Shown in pieces: positions 1 to 16,100 of a stretch of DNA of 64,000 bases. A program made the translations under genes and the position numbers. The first letter of the stretch is position 1, and each line of letters begins with the position of its first letter. Origin of the DNA: the human T2T-CHM13v2.0 reference genome, Homo sapiens; the NCBI RefSeq assembly GCF_009914755.1, contig NC_060945.1. One strand, given 5' to 3'. Below the pieces are notes generated by a model. The model searched no databases and had not been told where the DNA came from. It was given only the letters and a program-made list of their open reading frames with translations.

Positions 1-3000
1 GTGGAATGTAATGTAATGTAATGGAATGGAATGGAATGGAATGGAATCAACACGAATGGAATGGAACGGCATGGAATGGGATGGGATAGAATGGAATGGA
101 ATGGAAGTTAATCAACACGAATGGAATGCAACAGAATGGAATGGAATGGAATGGAATGGAATGAACACGAATGGAATGGAATGGATTGGAATGGAATGGA
201 ATGGAATCAACCCTAGTGGAAAGGAATGGAATGGAATGGAGTGGAATGTAATGTAATGTAATGGAATGGAATGGAATGGAATCAACACGAATGGAATGGA
301 GCGGAATGGAATGGGATGGGATGGAATGGAATGGAATGGAATGGAATGGAATGGAATGGAATGGAATGGAATCAACATGAACGGAATGGAACGTAATGGA
401 TTGGAACGGAACGGAATGGAATGGAATGGAATGGAATGGAATGGAATGAAATGGAAAGGAACGGAATGGAATCAACACGAGTGGAAAGGAATGGATAGGA
501 ATGGAATCAACCCGAGTGGAATGAAATGGAATGTAATGCAATGGGATGGAGTGGAATCAACCCGAGTGGAATGTAATGGAATGGAATGGAATGGAACGAA
601 ATGGAATGGATCGGAATGTAATCCAATGGAATCAACTGGAATGGAATGGAATGGAATGGAATGGAATGGAATGGAATAAATCCCGGTGGAGTGGAATGGG
701 ATGTAAAGGAGTGGAATGTAATGGAATTTAGTGGAATGGAATGGAATGGAATGGAATGGAATGAAATGGATTGGATCGGATTGGAATCCAATGGAATCAA
801 CTAGAATGGAATGGAATGGAATGGAATAAATCCGGGTGGAGTGGAATGGAATGGATTTTACTGGAATGGAATGGAATGGAATGGAATGGAATGGAATCAA
901 CCCGAAAGGAATGGAACGGAAAGGAATGGAAAGGAATGGAATGGAATGGAATGGAATGGAAAGGAATGGAATGGAATGGAATGGAATCAACCCGAATGGG
1001 ATGGCATGGAATGGAACTGAATGGAATAGAATGGAATGGAATGGAATGGAATGGAATCAACCCAAGTGCAATGGAATGGAATGGAATGCAATGGAATCCA
1101 CCCGAGTGGAATGGAATGGAATGGAATGGAATGGAATGGAGTGGAATGGAACGGAATAGAATGGAATGCAAGAAACACCAGGGGAATAAAATGGATTGGA
1201 ATGAAATGGAATGGAATGGAATGGAATAGAATGAAATCCACCCAAGTGGAATGGAACGGAATGGAATGGAATTGAAAGGAATGAATGGTATGGAATGGTG
1301 TGGAATCAACACGAGAGGAATGGAATGGAATGGAATGCAACGGAACGGAATGGAAAGGAATGGAATGGAATGAACCCGAATGGAATGGAATGGATTGGAA
1401 TGGAATGGAATGGAATCAACCCGAGCGGAAAGGAATGGAATGGAATGGAGTGGAATGTAATGTAATTGAATGGAATGGAATGGAATGGAATGGAATCAAC
1501 ACAAATGGAATGGAACGGGATGGAATGGGATGGGATGGAATGATATGGAATGGAAGTTAATCAACACGAATGGAATGGAACGGAATGGAATGGAATGGAA
1601 AGGAATGGAATGGAATGGAATGGAATGGAACGGAATGGAATGGAATGAAATGGAATGGATCGGAATGGAATCCAATGGAATCAACTGGAATGGAATGGAA
1701 TGGAATGGAATGCAATTGAATGGAATAAATCTGGGTGCAGTGGAATGGAATGGAACGGAGTGGAATGTAATGGAATTTAGTGGAATGGAATGGAATGGAA
1801 TGGAATGGAATGGAATGGAATGAAATGGATTGGATCGGAAAGGAATCCAATGGAATCAACTGGAATGGAATGGCATGGAATGGAATGGAATGGAATGGAA
1901 TGGAATAAATCCGGGTGGAGTGGAATGGAATGTAATGGAGTGGAATGGAATGGAATTTAGTGGAATGGAATGGAATGGAAAGGAATGGAATGGAATGGAA
2001 TGGAATGGAATGGAATCAACCCGAATGGGATGGCATGGAATGGAATTGAATGGAATGGAATGGAATGGAATGGAATGGAATGGACTCAACCCAAGTGCAA
2101 TGGAATGGAATGGAATGCAATGGAATCCACCCGAGTGGAATGGAATGGAATGGAATGGAATGGAATGGAATGGAATGGAATGGAATCGAATGGAATAGAA
2201 TGGAGTGGAATGGAACGGAATGGAGTGGAATGCAATAAACAACAGGGGAATGAAATGGATTGGAATGAAATGGAATGGAATGGAATGGAATGGAATGGAA
2301 TGGAATGGAATGAAATCAACTCGAGTTGAATGGAACGGAATGGAAGGGAATGGAAAGGAATGAATGGAATGGAATGGTGTGGCATCAACACGAGAGGCAT
2401 GGAATGGAATGGAATGGAACAGAACGGAATGGAAAGGAATGGAATGGAATGAACCCGAAGGGAATGCAATGGATTGGAATGGAATGGAATGCAATCAACC
2501 TGAGTGGAAAGGAATGGAATGGAATGGAGTGGAATGGAATGTAACGGAATGGAACGGAATGGAATGCAATGGAATCAACTGGAATGGAATGGAATGGAAT
2601 GGAATGGAATGGAATAAATCCGGGTGGAGTGGAATGGAATGTAATGGAGTGGAATGGAATGGAATTTAGTGGAGTGGAATGGAATGGAATGCAATCAACC
2701 CGAATGGAATGGAATGGAATGGAATGGAATGGAATGGAATGGAATCAACCCGAAAGGAATGGAATGGAATGGAATGGAATGGAATGGAATGGAATGGAAT
2801 CAACCCGAATTTGATGGCATGTAATGGAATTGAATGGAATGGAATGGAATGGAATGGAATGGAATGGAATGGAATGGAATCAACCCAAGTGCAATGGAAT
2901 GGAAGGGAATGCAATGGAATCCACACGAGTGGAATGGAATGGAATGGAATAGAATGGAATGGAATGGAATGGAATGGAATCGAATGGAATGGAATGGAGT

Positions 3001-4126
3001 GGAATGGAACGGAATGGAGTGGAATGCAATAAACGTCAGGAGAATGAAATGGATTGGAATGAAATGGAATGGAATGGAATGGAATGAAATCAACCCGAGT
3101 TGAATGGAACGGAATGGAATGGAATGAAAAGGAATGAATGGAATGGAATGGTGTGGAATCAACACGAGAGGAATTAAATGGAATGGAATGGAACGGAACG
3201 GAATTCAAACGAATGGAATGGAATGAACCCGAGTGGAATGGAATGGATTGGAATGGAATGGAATGGAATCAACACAAGCGGAAACTAATGGAATGGAATG
3301 GAGTGGAATGGAATGGAATGGAATTGAATGGAATCAACACGAATGGAATGGAACGGAATGGAATGGGTTGGGATGGAATGGAATGGAATGGAAGTTAATC
3401 AACACGAATGGAATGGAACGGAATGGAATGGAATGGAATGGAATGGAATGAAATGGAAAGGAACGGAATGGAATCAACACGAGTGGAATGGAGTGGAACG
3501 GAATGGAATCAACCCGAGTGGAATGAAATGAAATGTAATGTAATGGGATTGAGTGGAATCAACCCGAGTGGAACGGAATGGAACGGAATGGAATGGAATG
3601 GAATGAAATGGAACGGATCGGAATGGAATCCAATGGAATCAATTGGAATGGAATGGAATGGAATGGAAAGGAATGGAATAAATCCGGGTGGAGTGGAATG
3701 GAATGCAATGGAGTGGAACGTAATGGAATTTAGTGGAATGGAATGGAATGGAATGGAATGGAATGGAATGGAATAAGTCCGGGTAGAGAGGAATGGAATG
3801 TAACGGAGTGGAATGGAATGGAATTTAGGGGAATGGAATGGAATGGAATATAATGGAATGGAATGGAATGGAATGGAATGAAATCAAACCGAATGGAATG
3901 GAATGGAATGGAATGGAATGGAATGGAATCAACCTGAATGGGATGGCATGGAATGGAATTGAATGGAATGGAATTAACCCAAGTGCAATGGAATGGAATG
4001 AAATGCAATGGAATCCACCCGAGTGGAATGCAATGGAATGGAATGGAATGGAATGGAATGGAATGGAATGGAATGGAATGGAGTGGAATGGAACGGAATG
4101 GAGTGGAATGGAATAAACACCAGGGG

Positions 4127-7100
4127 AATGAAATGGATTGGAATGAAATGTAATGGAATTTAATGGAATGCAATGAAATCAACCCGAGTGGAATGGAACG
4201 GAATGGTATGGAATGGAAAGGATTGAATGGAATGGAAGGGTGTGGAATCAACACGAGAGGAATGGAATGGAATGGAACGGAACGGAATGGAAAGGAATGG
4301 AATGGAATGAACCCGAATGGAATGGAATGGATTGGAATGGAATGGAATGGAAATAACCCGATCGGAAAGGAATGGAATGCAATGGAGTGGAATGGAATGT
4401 AGTGGAATGGAATGGAATGGAATGGAATCAACACGAATGGAATGGAACGGAATGGAATGGGATGGGATGGAATGGAATGGAATGAAATGGATTGGATGGG
4501 AATGGAATCCAATGGAATCAACTGGAATGGAATGGAATGGAATGGAATGGAATGGAATGCAATAATTCCGGGTGGAGTGGAATGGAATGTAATGGAGTGG
4601 AATGGAATGGAATTTAGTGGAATGGAATGGAATGGAATGGAATGGAATGGAATGGAATGGAATCAACCCGAATGGAATGGAACGGAATGGAATGGAATGG
4701 AATGGAATGGAATGGAATGGAATCAACACGAATGACATGGCATAGAATGCAATGGAACGGAATGGAATGGAATCAACCCGAATGGAATGGAAGGAAAGGG
4801 AATGGAAATGAATGGAATGGAATGGAATGGAATGGAATGGAATGGAATGGAATGGAATGGAATCAACCCAAATGGGATGGCATGGAATGGAATTGAATGG
4901 AATGGAATGGAATGGAATGGAATGGAATCAACCCAGTGCAATGGAATGGAATGGAATGCAATGGAATCCACCCGAGTGGAATGGAATGGAATGGAATGGA
5001 ATAGAATGGAATGGAATGGAATGGAATGGAATGGAATGGAATGGAATGGAGTGGAATGGAACGGAATGGAGTGGAATGGAATAAACACCAGGGGAATGAA
5101 ATGGATTGGAATGAAATGGAATGGAATGGAGTGGAATGGAATGAAATAAACCCGAGTGGAATGGAACGGAATGGAATGGAATGGAAAGGAATGAATGGAA
5201 TGGAATGGTGTGGAATCAACACGAGAGGAATGGAATGCAATGGAATGGAACGGAACGGAATGGAAAGGAATGGAATGGAATGAACCCGAAAGGAGTGAAA
5301 CGGATTGTAATGGAATGGAATAGAATCAACCCGAGCGGAAAGGAATGGAATGGAATGTAGTGGAATGTAATGTAATGTAATGGAATGGAATGGAATGGAA
5401 TCAACACGAATGGAATGGAACGGAATGGAATGGGATGGGATGGAATGGAATGGAATGCAAGTTAATCAACACGAATGGAATGGAACGGAATGGAATGGAA
5501 TGAAAAAGAAAGGAACAGAATGGAATCAATAAGAGTGGAATGGAATGGATCGGAGTGGAATAAACTCGATTGGAATGAAATGGAATGTAATGCAATGGGA
5601 TGGAGCAGAATCAACCCGAGTGAAATGGAATGGAATGGAATGGAAGGAATTGAATGGAATGGAATGGAATGAAATGGAATGGAATGGATCGGAGTGGAAT
5701 CTAATGGAATCAACCGGAATGGAATGGAATGCAATGGAATGAAATGGAATGGAATGCAATGGAATGGAATGGAAAGGAATAAATCCGGGTGGAGTGGAAT
5801 GGAAAGTAATGGAGTGGAATGTAATGGAATTTAGTGGAATGGAATGGAATGGAATGGAATGGAATGAAATCTATTGGATCGGAATGGAATCCAATGGAAT
5901 AAACTGGAATGGAATGGAATGGCATGGAATGGAATGGAATGGAATGGAATGGAATAAATCCGGGTGGAGTGGAATGGAATGTAATAGAGTGGAATGGAAT
6001 GGAATTTAGTGCAATGGAATGGAATGCAATGGAATGGAATGGAATGGAATGGAATCAACCCGAATGGAATGGAACGGAATGGAATGGAATGGAATGGAAT
6101 GGAATGGAATCAACACGAATGGCATGGCATAGAATGGAATGGAATGGAATGGAATGGACCCGAATGGAATGGAATGGATTGGAATGGAATGGAATGGAAT
6201 CAACCCGAGCGGAAAGGAATTGAATGGAATGGAGTGGAATGGAATATAATGGAATGGAATGGAAAGGAATGGAATCAACACGAATGGAATGGAACGGAAT
6301 GGAATGAGATGGGATGGAATGGAATGGAATGGAAGTTAATCAACAGGAATGGAATGCAACGGAATGGAATGGAATGGAATGGAATGAACCCGAATGGAAT
6401 TGAATGGATTGGAATGCAATGGAATGGAATCAACCAGAGCGGAAAGGATTCGAATGGAATGGAGTGGAATGTAATGTAATGTAATGGAATGGAATGGAAT
6501 GGAATCAACACGAATGGAATGGAACGGAATGGAATGGTATGGGATGGAATGGAATGGAATGGAAGTTAATCAACACGAATGGAGTGGAATGGAATGGAAT
6601 GGAATGGAATGGAATGGAATGGAATGGAATTAAATTGTAAAGGAACGGAATGGAATCAACACGACTGGAATGGAATGGAACGGAATGGAATCAACCCGAG
6701 TGGAATGAAATGGAATGTAGTGCAATGGGATGGAGTGGAATCAACCCGAGTGGAATGGAATGGAATGGAATGGAATGGAATGGAAAGGAATGGAATGAAA
6801 TGGATTGGATCGGAATGGAATCCAATCGAATTAACTGGAATGGAATGGAATGGAATGGAATGGAATAAATCCGGGTGGAGTGGAATGGAATGTAATGGAG
6901 TGGAATGGAATGGAATTTTGTGGGATGGAATGGAATGGAATGGAATCAACCGGAATGGGATGGCATGGAATGGAAGTGAGTGGAATGGAATGGAATGGAA
7001 TGGAATGGAATGGAATCAAACCAAGTGCAATGGAATGGAATGGAATGCAGTGGAATCCACCTGAGTGGAATGGAATGGAATGGAATGGAATGGAATGGAA

Positions 7101-10100
7101 TAGAATGGAGTGGAATGGAACGGAATGGAATGGAATGGAACGGAATAGAATGGAACGAACCCGAATGGAATGGAATGGAATTAACCCGAATGGAATGGAA
7201 TGGATTGGAATGGAATGCAATGGAATCAACCTGAGCGGAAAGGAATGGAATGGAATGGAGTGGAATGTAATGTAATGGAATGGAATGGAATGGAATCAAC
7301 CCGAATGGAATGGAACGGAATGGAATGGAAAGGAATGGAATGGAATGGAATGAAATGGAATGGAATGGAGTGGAATCTAACGGAATGGAGTGGAATGCAA
7401 TAAACACCAGGGGAATGAAATGGATTGGAATGAAATGGAATGGAATGGAATGGAATGAAATCAACCCGAGTGGAATTGAACGGAATGGAATGGAATGGAA
7501 AGAAATGAATGGAATGGAATGGGGTGGAATCAACATGAGAGGAATGGAATGCAGTGGAATGGAATGTGATGTAATGGAAAGGAATGGAATGGAATCAACA
7601 CGAATGGAATGGAACGGAATGGAATGGGATGGGATGGAATTTAATAGAATGGAAGTTAATCAACACGAATGGAATGGAACGGAATGGAATGGAATGGAAT
7701 GGAATGGAATGGAATGGAATGGAAAGGAATGAATGGAAAGGAACGGAATGGAATCAACACGAGTGGAATGTAATGGAACGGAATGGAATCAACCCGAGTG
7801 GGATGAAATGGAATGTAATGCAATGAGATGGAGGGGAATCAACCCGAGTGGAATGGAATGGAATGGAATGGAATGGAATGGAATGGAATGGAATGAAATA
7901 GAATGGATCCGAAAGGAATCCATTGGAATCAACTGGAATGGAATGGAATGGAATGGAATGGAATGGAATAAATCCGGGTGGAGTGGATTGGAATGTAATG
8001 GAGAGCAATGTAATCGAATTTTTTGGAATGGAATGGAATGGAATGGAATGGAATGGAATGAAATGGATTGGATCGGGATGGAATCCAATGGAATCAACTG
8101 GAATGGAATGGAATGGAAGGGAATGGAATGGAATAAATCCGGGTGGAGTGGAATGGAAAGTAATGGAGTGGAATGTAATGGAATTTAGTGGAATGGAATG
8201 GAATGGAATGGAATGGAATGAAATGGATTGGATCGGAATGGAATCCAATGGAATCAACTGGAATGGAATGGAATGGAATGGAATGGAATAAATACGGGTG
8301 GAGTGGAATGGAATGGAATGGAGTGGAATGGAATGGAATTTAGTGGGATGGAATGGAATGGAATGGAATGGAATGGAATGGAATGGAATCAACCGGAATG
8401 GGATGGCATGGAATGGAATTGAGTGGAATGGAATGGAATGGAATGGAAAGGAATCAAACCAAGTGCAATGAAATGGAATGGAATGCAATGGAATCCACCC
8501 GAGTGGAATGGAATGGAATGGAATGGAATGGAATGGAATGGAATGGAATGGAATAGAAAGGAATGGAGTGGAATGGAATAAACACCAGGGGAATGAAATG
8601 GATTGGAATGAAATGGAATGGAATGGAATGGAATGGAATGAAATCAACCCGAGTGGAATGGAACGGAATGGAATGGAAAGGAATGGAATAGAATGAAATG
8701 GCAAGGAATGGAATGGAATGGAATGGAATCAACCCAAATGGGATGGCATGGAATGGAATTGAATGGAATGGAATGGAATGGAATGGAATCAACCCAAGTG
8801 CAATGGAATGGAATGGAATGCAATGGAATCTACCCGAGTGGAATGGAATGGAATGGAATGGAATGGAATGGAATGGAATGGACTGGAATGGAATGGAATG
8901 GAGTCGAATGGAACGGAACGGAGTGGAATGGAATAAACACCAGGGGAATGAAATGGATTGGAATGAAATGGAATGGAATGGAATGGAATGGAATGGAATG
9001 AAATCAACCCGAGTGGAATGGAACGGAATGGAATGGAATGGATAGGAATTAATGGAATGGAATGGTGTGGAATCAACACGAGAGGAATGGAATGGAATGG
9101 AATGGAACGGAATGGAATGGAAAGGAATGGAATGGAATGAACCCGAATGGAATGGAATGGATTGGAATGGAATGGAATGGAATCAACCCGAGCAGAAAGG
9201 AATGGAATGTAATGGAGTGGAATGGAATGGAATGGAATGGAATGGAATGGAATGGAATCAACACGAATGGAATGGAACGGAATGGAATGGGATGGGTTGG
9301 AATGGAATGGAATGGAACTTAATCAAGACGAATGGAAAGGAATGAAATGGAATGAACCCGAATGGAATGGAATGAACCCGAATGGAATGGAATGGATTGG
9401 AATGCAATGGAATGGAATCAACCTGAGAAGAAAGGAATGGAATGGAATGGAGTGGAATGGAATGTAATGGAATGGAATGGAATGGAATGGAATCAACACG
9501 AATGGAATGGAATGGAATGGAATGGGATGGGATGGAATGGAATGGAATGGATGTTAATCAACACGAATGGAATGGAACGGAATGGAATGGAATGGAATGG
9601 AATGGAATGAACCCGAATGGAATGGAATGGATTGGAATGGAATGGAATGGAATCAACACGAGCGGAAAGGAATGGAATGGAATGGAGTGGAATGGAAAGT
9701 AATGGAATGGAATGGAATGGAATGGAATCAACACGAATGGAATGGAACGGAATGGAATGGGATGGGATGGAATGGAATGGAATGGAAGTTAATCAACACG
9801 AATGGAATGGAACGGAATGGAAAGGAATGGTATGGAATGAAACCCAATGGAATGGAATGGATTGGAATGGAATGGAATGGAATCAACCCGAGCGGAAAGG
9901 AATGGAATCAAATGGAGTGGAATGGAAAGTAATGTAACGGAATGAAATGGAATGGAATCAACATGAATGGAATGGAACGGAATGGAATTTGATGGGATGG
10001 AATGGAATGGAATGAACCCGAATGGAATGGAATGGATTGGAATGGAATGGAATGGAATCAACCCGAGCGGAAAGGAATTGAATGGAACGGAGTGGAATGG

Positions 10101-13100
10101 AATATAATGGAATGGAATGGAAAGGAATGGAATCAACAAGAATGGAATGGAACGTAATGGAATGGGATGGGATGGAATGGAATGGAATGGAAGTTAATCA
10201 ACACGAATGGAATGGAACGGAATGGAATGGAATGGAATGGAATGAACCCGAATGGGATGGAATGGATTGGAATGGAATGGAATGGAATCAACCCGAGAGG
10301 AAAGGATTGGAATGGAATGGAGTGGAATGGAATGTAATGGAATGGAATGGAATAGAATGGTATCAAAACGAATGGAATGGAACAGAATGGAATGGTATGG
10401 GATGGAATGGAATGGAATGGAAGTTAATCAACACGAATGGAATGGAACAGAATGGAATGGAATGGAATGGAATGGAATGGAATGAAATGGAAAGGAACGG
10501 AATGGAATCAACACGAGTGGAATGGAGTGGAATGGAATGGAATCAACCCGAGTGGAATGAAATGGAATGTAGTGCAATGGGATGGAGTGGAATCAACCCG
10601 AGTGGAATGGAATGTAATGGAAGTTAATCAACACGAATTGAATGGAACGGAATAGAATGGAATGGAATGGAATGGAAGGGAATGGAATGGAATGGAATGG
10701 AATGGAATGGAATGGAGTGGAATGGAACGGAATGGAGTGGAATGGAACGGAATGGAGTGGAATGGAATAAACACCAGGGAAATGAAATGGATTGGAATGA
10801 AATGTAATGGAATTTAATGGAATGCAATGAAATCAACCCGAGTGGAATGGAACGGAATGGTATGGAATGGAAAGGATTGAATGGAATGGAAGGGTGTGGA
10901 ATCAACACGAGAGGAATGGAATGGAATGGAACGGAACGGAATGGAAAGGAATGGAATGGAATGAACCCGAATGGAATGGAATGGATTGGAATGGAATGGA
11001 ATGGAAATAACCCGATCGGAAAGGAATGGAATGCAATGGAGTGGAATGGAATGTAGTGGAATGGAATGGAATGGAATGGAATCAACACGAATGGAATGGA
11101 ACGGAATGGAATGGGATGGGATGGAATGGAATGGAATGAAATGGATTGGATGGGAATGGAATCCAATGGAATCAACTGGAATGGAATGGAATGGAATGGA
11201 ATGGAATGGAATGCAATAATTCCGGGTGGAGTGGAATGGAATGTAATGGAGTGGAATGGAATGGAATTTAGTGGAATGGAATGGAATGGAATGGAATGGA
11301 ATGGAATGGAATGGAATCAACCCGAATGGAATGGAACGGAATGGAATGGAATGGAATGGAATGGAATGGAATGGAATCAACACGAATGACATGGCATAGA
11401 ATGCAATGGAACGGAATGGAATGGAATCAACCCGAATGGAATGGAAGGAAAGGGAATGGAAATGAATGGAATGGAATGGAATGGAATGGAATGGAATGGA
11501 ATGGAATGGAATGGAATCAACCCAAATGGGATGGCATGGAATGGAATTGAATGGAATGGAATGGAATGGAATGGAATGGAATCAACCCAGTGCAATGGAA
11601 TGGAATGGAATGCAATGGAATCCACCCGAGTGGAATGGAATGGAATGGAATGGAATAGAATGGAATGGAATGGAATGGAATGGAATGGAATGGAATGGAA
11701 TGGAGTGGAATGGAACGGAATGGAGTGGAATGGAATAAACACCAGGGGAATGAAATGGATTGGAATGAAATGGAATGGAATGGAGTGGAATGGAATGAAA
11801 TAAACCCGAGTGGAATGGAACGGAATGGAATGGAATGGAAAGGAATGAATGGAATGGAATGGTGTGGAATCAACACGAGAGGAATGGAATGCAATGGAAT
11901 GGAACGGAACGGAATGGAAAGGAATGGAATGGAATGAACCCGAAAGGAGTGAAACGGATTGTAATGGAATGGAATAGAATCAACCCGAGCGGAAAGGAAT
12001 GGAATGGAATGTAGTGGAATGTAATGTAATGTAATGGAATGGAATGGAATGGAATCAACACGAATGGAATGGAACGGAATGGAATGGGATGGGATGGAAT
12101 GGAATGGAATGCAAGTTAATCAACACGAATGGAATGGAACGGAATGGAATGGAATGAAAAAGAAAGGAACAGAATGGAATCAATAAGAGTGGAATGGAAT
12201 GGATCGGAGTGGAATAAACTCGATTGGAATGAAATGGAATGTAATGCAATGGGATGGAGCAGAATCAACCCGAGTGAAATGGAATGGAATGGAATGGAAG
12301 GAATTGAATGGAATGGAATGGAATGAAATGGAATGGAATGGATCGGAGTGGAATCTAATGGAATCAACCGGAATGGAATGGAATGCAATGGAATGAAATG
12401 GAATGGAATGCAATGGAATGGAATGGAAAGGAATAAATCCGGGTGGAGTGGAATGGAAAGTAATGGAGTGGAATGTAATGGAATTTAGTGGAATGGAATG
12501 GAATGGAATGGAATGGAATGAAATCTATTGGATCGGAATGGAATCCAATGGAATAAACTGGAATGGAATGGAATGGCATGGAATGGAATGGAATGGAATG
12601 GAATGGAATAAATCCGGGTGGAGTGGAATGGAATGTAATAGAGTGGAATGGAATGGAATTTAGTGCAATGGAATGGAATGCAATGGAATGGAATGGAATG
12701 GAATGGAATCAACCCGAATGGAATGGAACGGAATGGAATGGAATGGAATGGAATGGAATGGAATCAACACGAATGGCATGGCATAGAATGGAATGGAATG
12801 GAATGGAATGGACCCGAATGGAATGGAATGGATTGGAATGGAATGGAATGGAATCAACCCGAGCGGAAAGGAATTGAATGGAATGGAGTGGAATGGAATA
12901 TAATGGAATGGAATGGAAAGGAATGGAATCAACACGAATGGAATGGAACGGAATGGAATGAGATGGGATGGAATGGAATGGAATGGAAGTTAATCAACAG
13001 GAATGGAATGCAACGGAATGGAATGGAATGGAATGGAATGAACCCGAATGGAATTGAATGGATTGGAATGCAATGGAATGGAATCAACCAGAGCGGAAAG

Positions 13101-16100
13101 GATTCGAATGGAATGGAGTGGAATGTAATGTAATGTAATGGAATGGAATGGAATGGAATCAACACGAATGGAATGGAACGGAATGGAATGGTATGGGATG
13201 GAATGGAATGGAATGGAAGTTAATCAACACGAATGGAGTGGAATGGAATGGAATGGAATGGAATGGAATGGAATGGAATGGAATTAAATTGTAAAGGAAC
13301 GGAATGGAATCAACACGACTGGAATGGAATGGAACGGAATGGAATCAACCCGAGTGGAATGAAATGGAATGTAGTGCAATGGGATGGAGTGGAATCAACC
13401 CGAGTGGAATGGAATGGAATGGAATGGAATGGAATGGAAAGGAATGGAATGAAATGGATTGGATCGGAATGGAATCCAATCGAATTAACTGGAATGGAAT
13501 GGAATGGAATGGAATGGAATAAATCCGGGTGGAGTGGAATGGAATGTAATGGAGTGGAATGGAATGGAATTTTGTGGGATGGAATGGAATGGAATGGAAT
13601 CAACCGGAATGGGATGGCATGGAATGGAAGTGAGTGGAATGGAATGGAATGGAATGGAATGGAATGGAATCAAACCAAGTGCAATGGAATGGAATGGAAT
13701 GCAGTGGAATCCACCTGAGTGGAATGGAATGGAATGGAATGGAATGGAATGGAATAGAATGGAGTGGAATGGAACGGAATGGAATGGAATGGAACGGAAT
13801 AGAATGGAACGAACCCGAATGGAATGGAATGGAATTAACCCGAATGGAATGGAATGGATTGGAATGGAATGCAATGGAATCAACCTGAGCGGAAAGGAAT
13901 GGAATGGAATGGAGTGGAATGTAATGTAATGGAATGGAATGGAATGGAATCAACCCGAATGGAATGGAACGGAATGGAATGGAAAGGAATGGAATGGAAT
14001 GGAATGAAATGGAATGGAATGGAGTGGAATCTAACGGAATGGAGTGGAATGCAATAAACACCAGGGGAATGAAATGGATTGGAATGAAATGGAATGGAAT
14101 GGAATGGAATGAAATCAACCCGAGTGGAATTGAACGGAATGGAATGGAATGGAAAGAAATGAATGGAATGGAATGGGGTGGAATCAACATGAGAGGAATG
14201 GAATGCAGTGGAATGGAATGTGATGTAATGGAAAGGAATGGAATGGAATCAACACGAATGGAATGGAACGGAATGGAATGGGATGGGATGGAATTTAATA
14301 GAATGGAAGTTAATCAACACGAATGGAATGGAACGGAATGGAATGGAATGGAATGGAATGGAATGGAATGGAATGGAAAGGAATGAATGGAAAGGAACGG
14401 AATGGAATCAACACGAGTGGAATGTAATGGAACGGAATGGAATCAACCCGAGTGGGATGAAATGGAATGTAATGCAATGAGATGGAGGGGAATCAACCCG
14501 AGTGGAATGGAATGGAATGGAATGGAATGGAATGGAATGGAATGGAATGAAATAGAATGGATCCGAAAGGAATCCATTGGAATCAACTGGAATGGAATGG
14601 AATGGAATGGAATGGAATGGAATAAATCCGGGTGGAGTGGATTGGAATGTAATGGAGAGCAATGTAATCGAATTTTTTGGAATGGAATGGAATGGAATGG
14701 AATGGAATGGAATGAAATGGATTGGATCGGGATGGAATCCAATGGAATCAACTGGAATGGAATGGAATGGAAGGGAATGGAATGGAATAAATCCGGGTGG
14801 AGTGGAATGGAAAGTAATGGAGTGGAATGTAATGGAATTTAGTGGAATGGAATGGAATGGAATGGAATGGAATGAAATGGATTGGATCGGAATGGAATCC
14901 AATGGAATCAACTGGAATGGAATGGAATGGAATGGAATGGAATAAATACGGGTGGAGTGGAATGGAATGGAATGGAGTGGAATGGAATGGAATTTAGTGG
15001 GATGGAATGGAATGGAATGGAATGGAATGGAATGGAATGGAATCAACCGGAATGGGATGGCATGGAATGGAATTGAGTGGAATGGAATGGAATGGAATGG
15101 AAAGGAATCAAACCAAGTGCAATGAAATGGAATGGAATGCAATGGAATCCACCCGAGTGGAATGGAATGGAATGGAATGGAATGGAATGGAATGGAATGG
15201 AATGGAATAGAAAGGAATGGAGTGGAATGGAATAAACACCAGGGGAATGAAATGGATTGGAATGAAATGGAATGGAATGGAATGGAATGGAATGAAATCA
15301 ACCCGAGTGGAATGGAACGGAATGGAATGGAAAGGAATGGAATAGAATGAAATGGCAAGGAATGGAATGGAATGGAATGGAATCAACCCAAATGGGATGG
15401 CATGGAATGGAATTGAATGGAATGGAATGGAATGAAATGGAATCAACCCAAGTGCAATGGAATGGAATGGAATGCAATGGAATCTACCCGAGTGGAATGG
15501 AATGGAATGGAATGGAATGGAATGGAATGGAATGGACTGGAATGGAATGGAATGGAGTCGAATGGAACGGAACGGAGTGGAATGGAATAAACACCAGGGG
15601 AATGAAATGGATTGGAATGAAATGGAATGGAATGGAATGGAATGGAATGGAATGAAATCAACCCGAGTGGAATGGAACGGAATGGAATGGAATGGATAGG
15701 AATTAATGGAATGGAATGGTGTGGAATCAACACGAGAGGAATGGAATGGAATGGAATGGAACGGAATGGAATGGAAAGGAATGGAATGGAATGAACCCGA
15801 ATGGAATGGAATGGATTGGAATGGAATGGAATGGAATCAACCCGAGCAGAAAGGAATGGAATGTAATGGAGTGGAATGGAATGGAATGGAATGGAATGGA
15901 ATGGAATGGAATCAACACGAATGGAATGGAACGGAATGGAATGGGATGGGTTGGAATGGAATGGAATGGAACTTAATCAAGACGAATGGAAAGGAATGAA
16001 ATGGAATGAACCCGAATGGAATGGAATGAACCCGAATGGAATGGAATGGATTGGAATGCAATGGAATGGAATCAACCTGAGAAGAAAGGAATGGAATGGA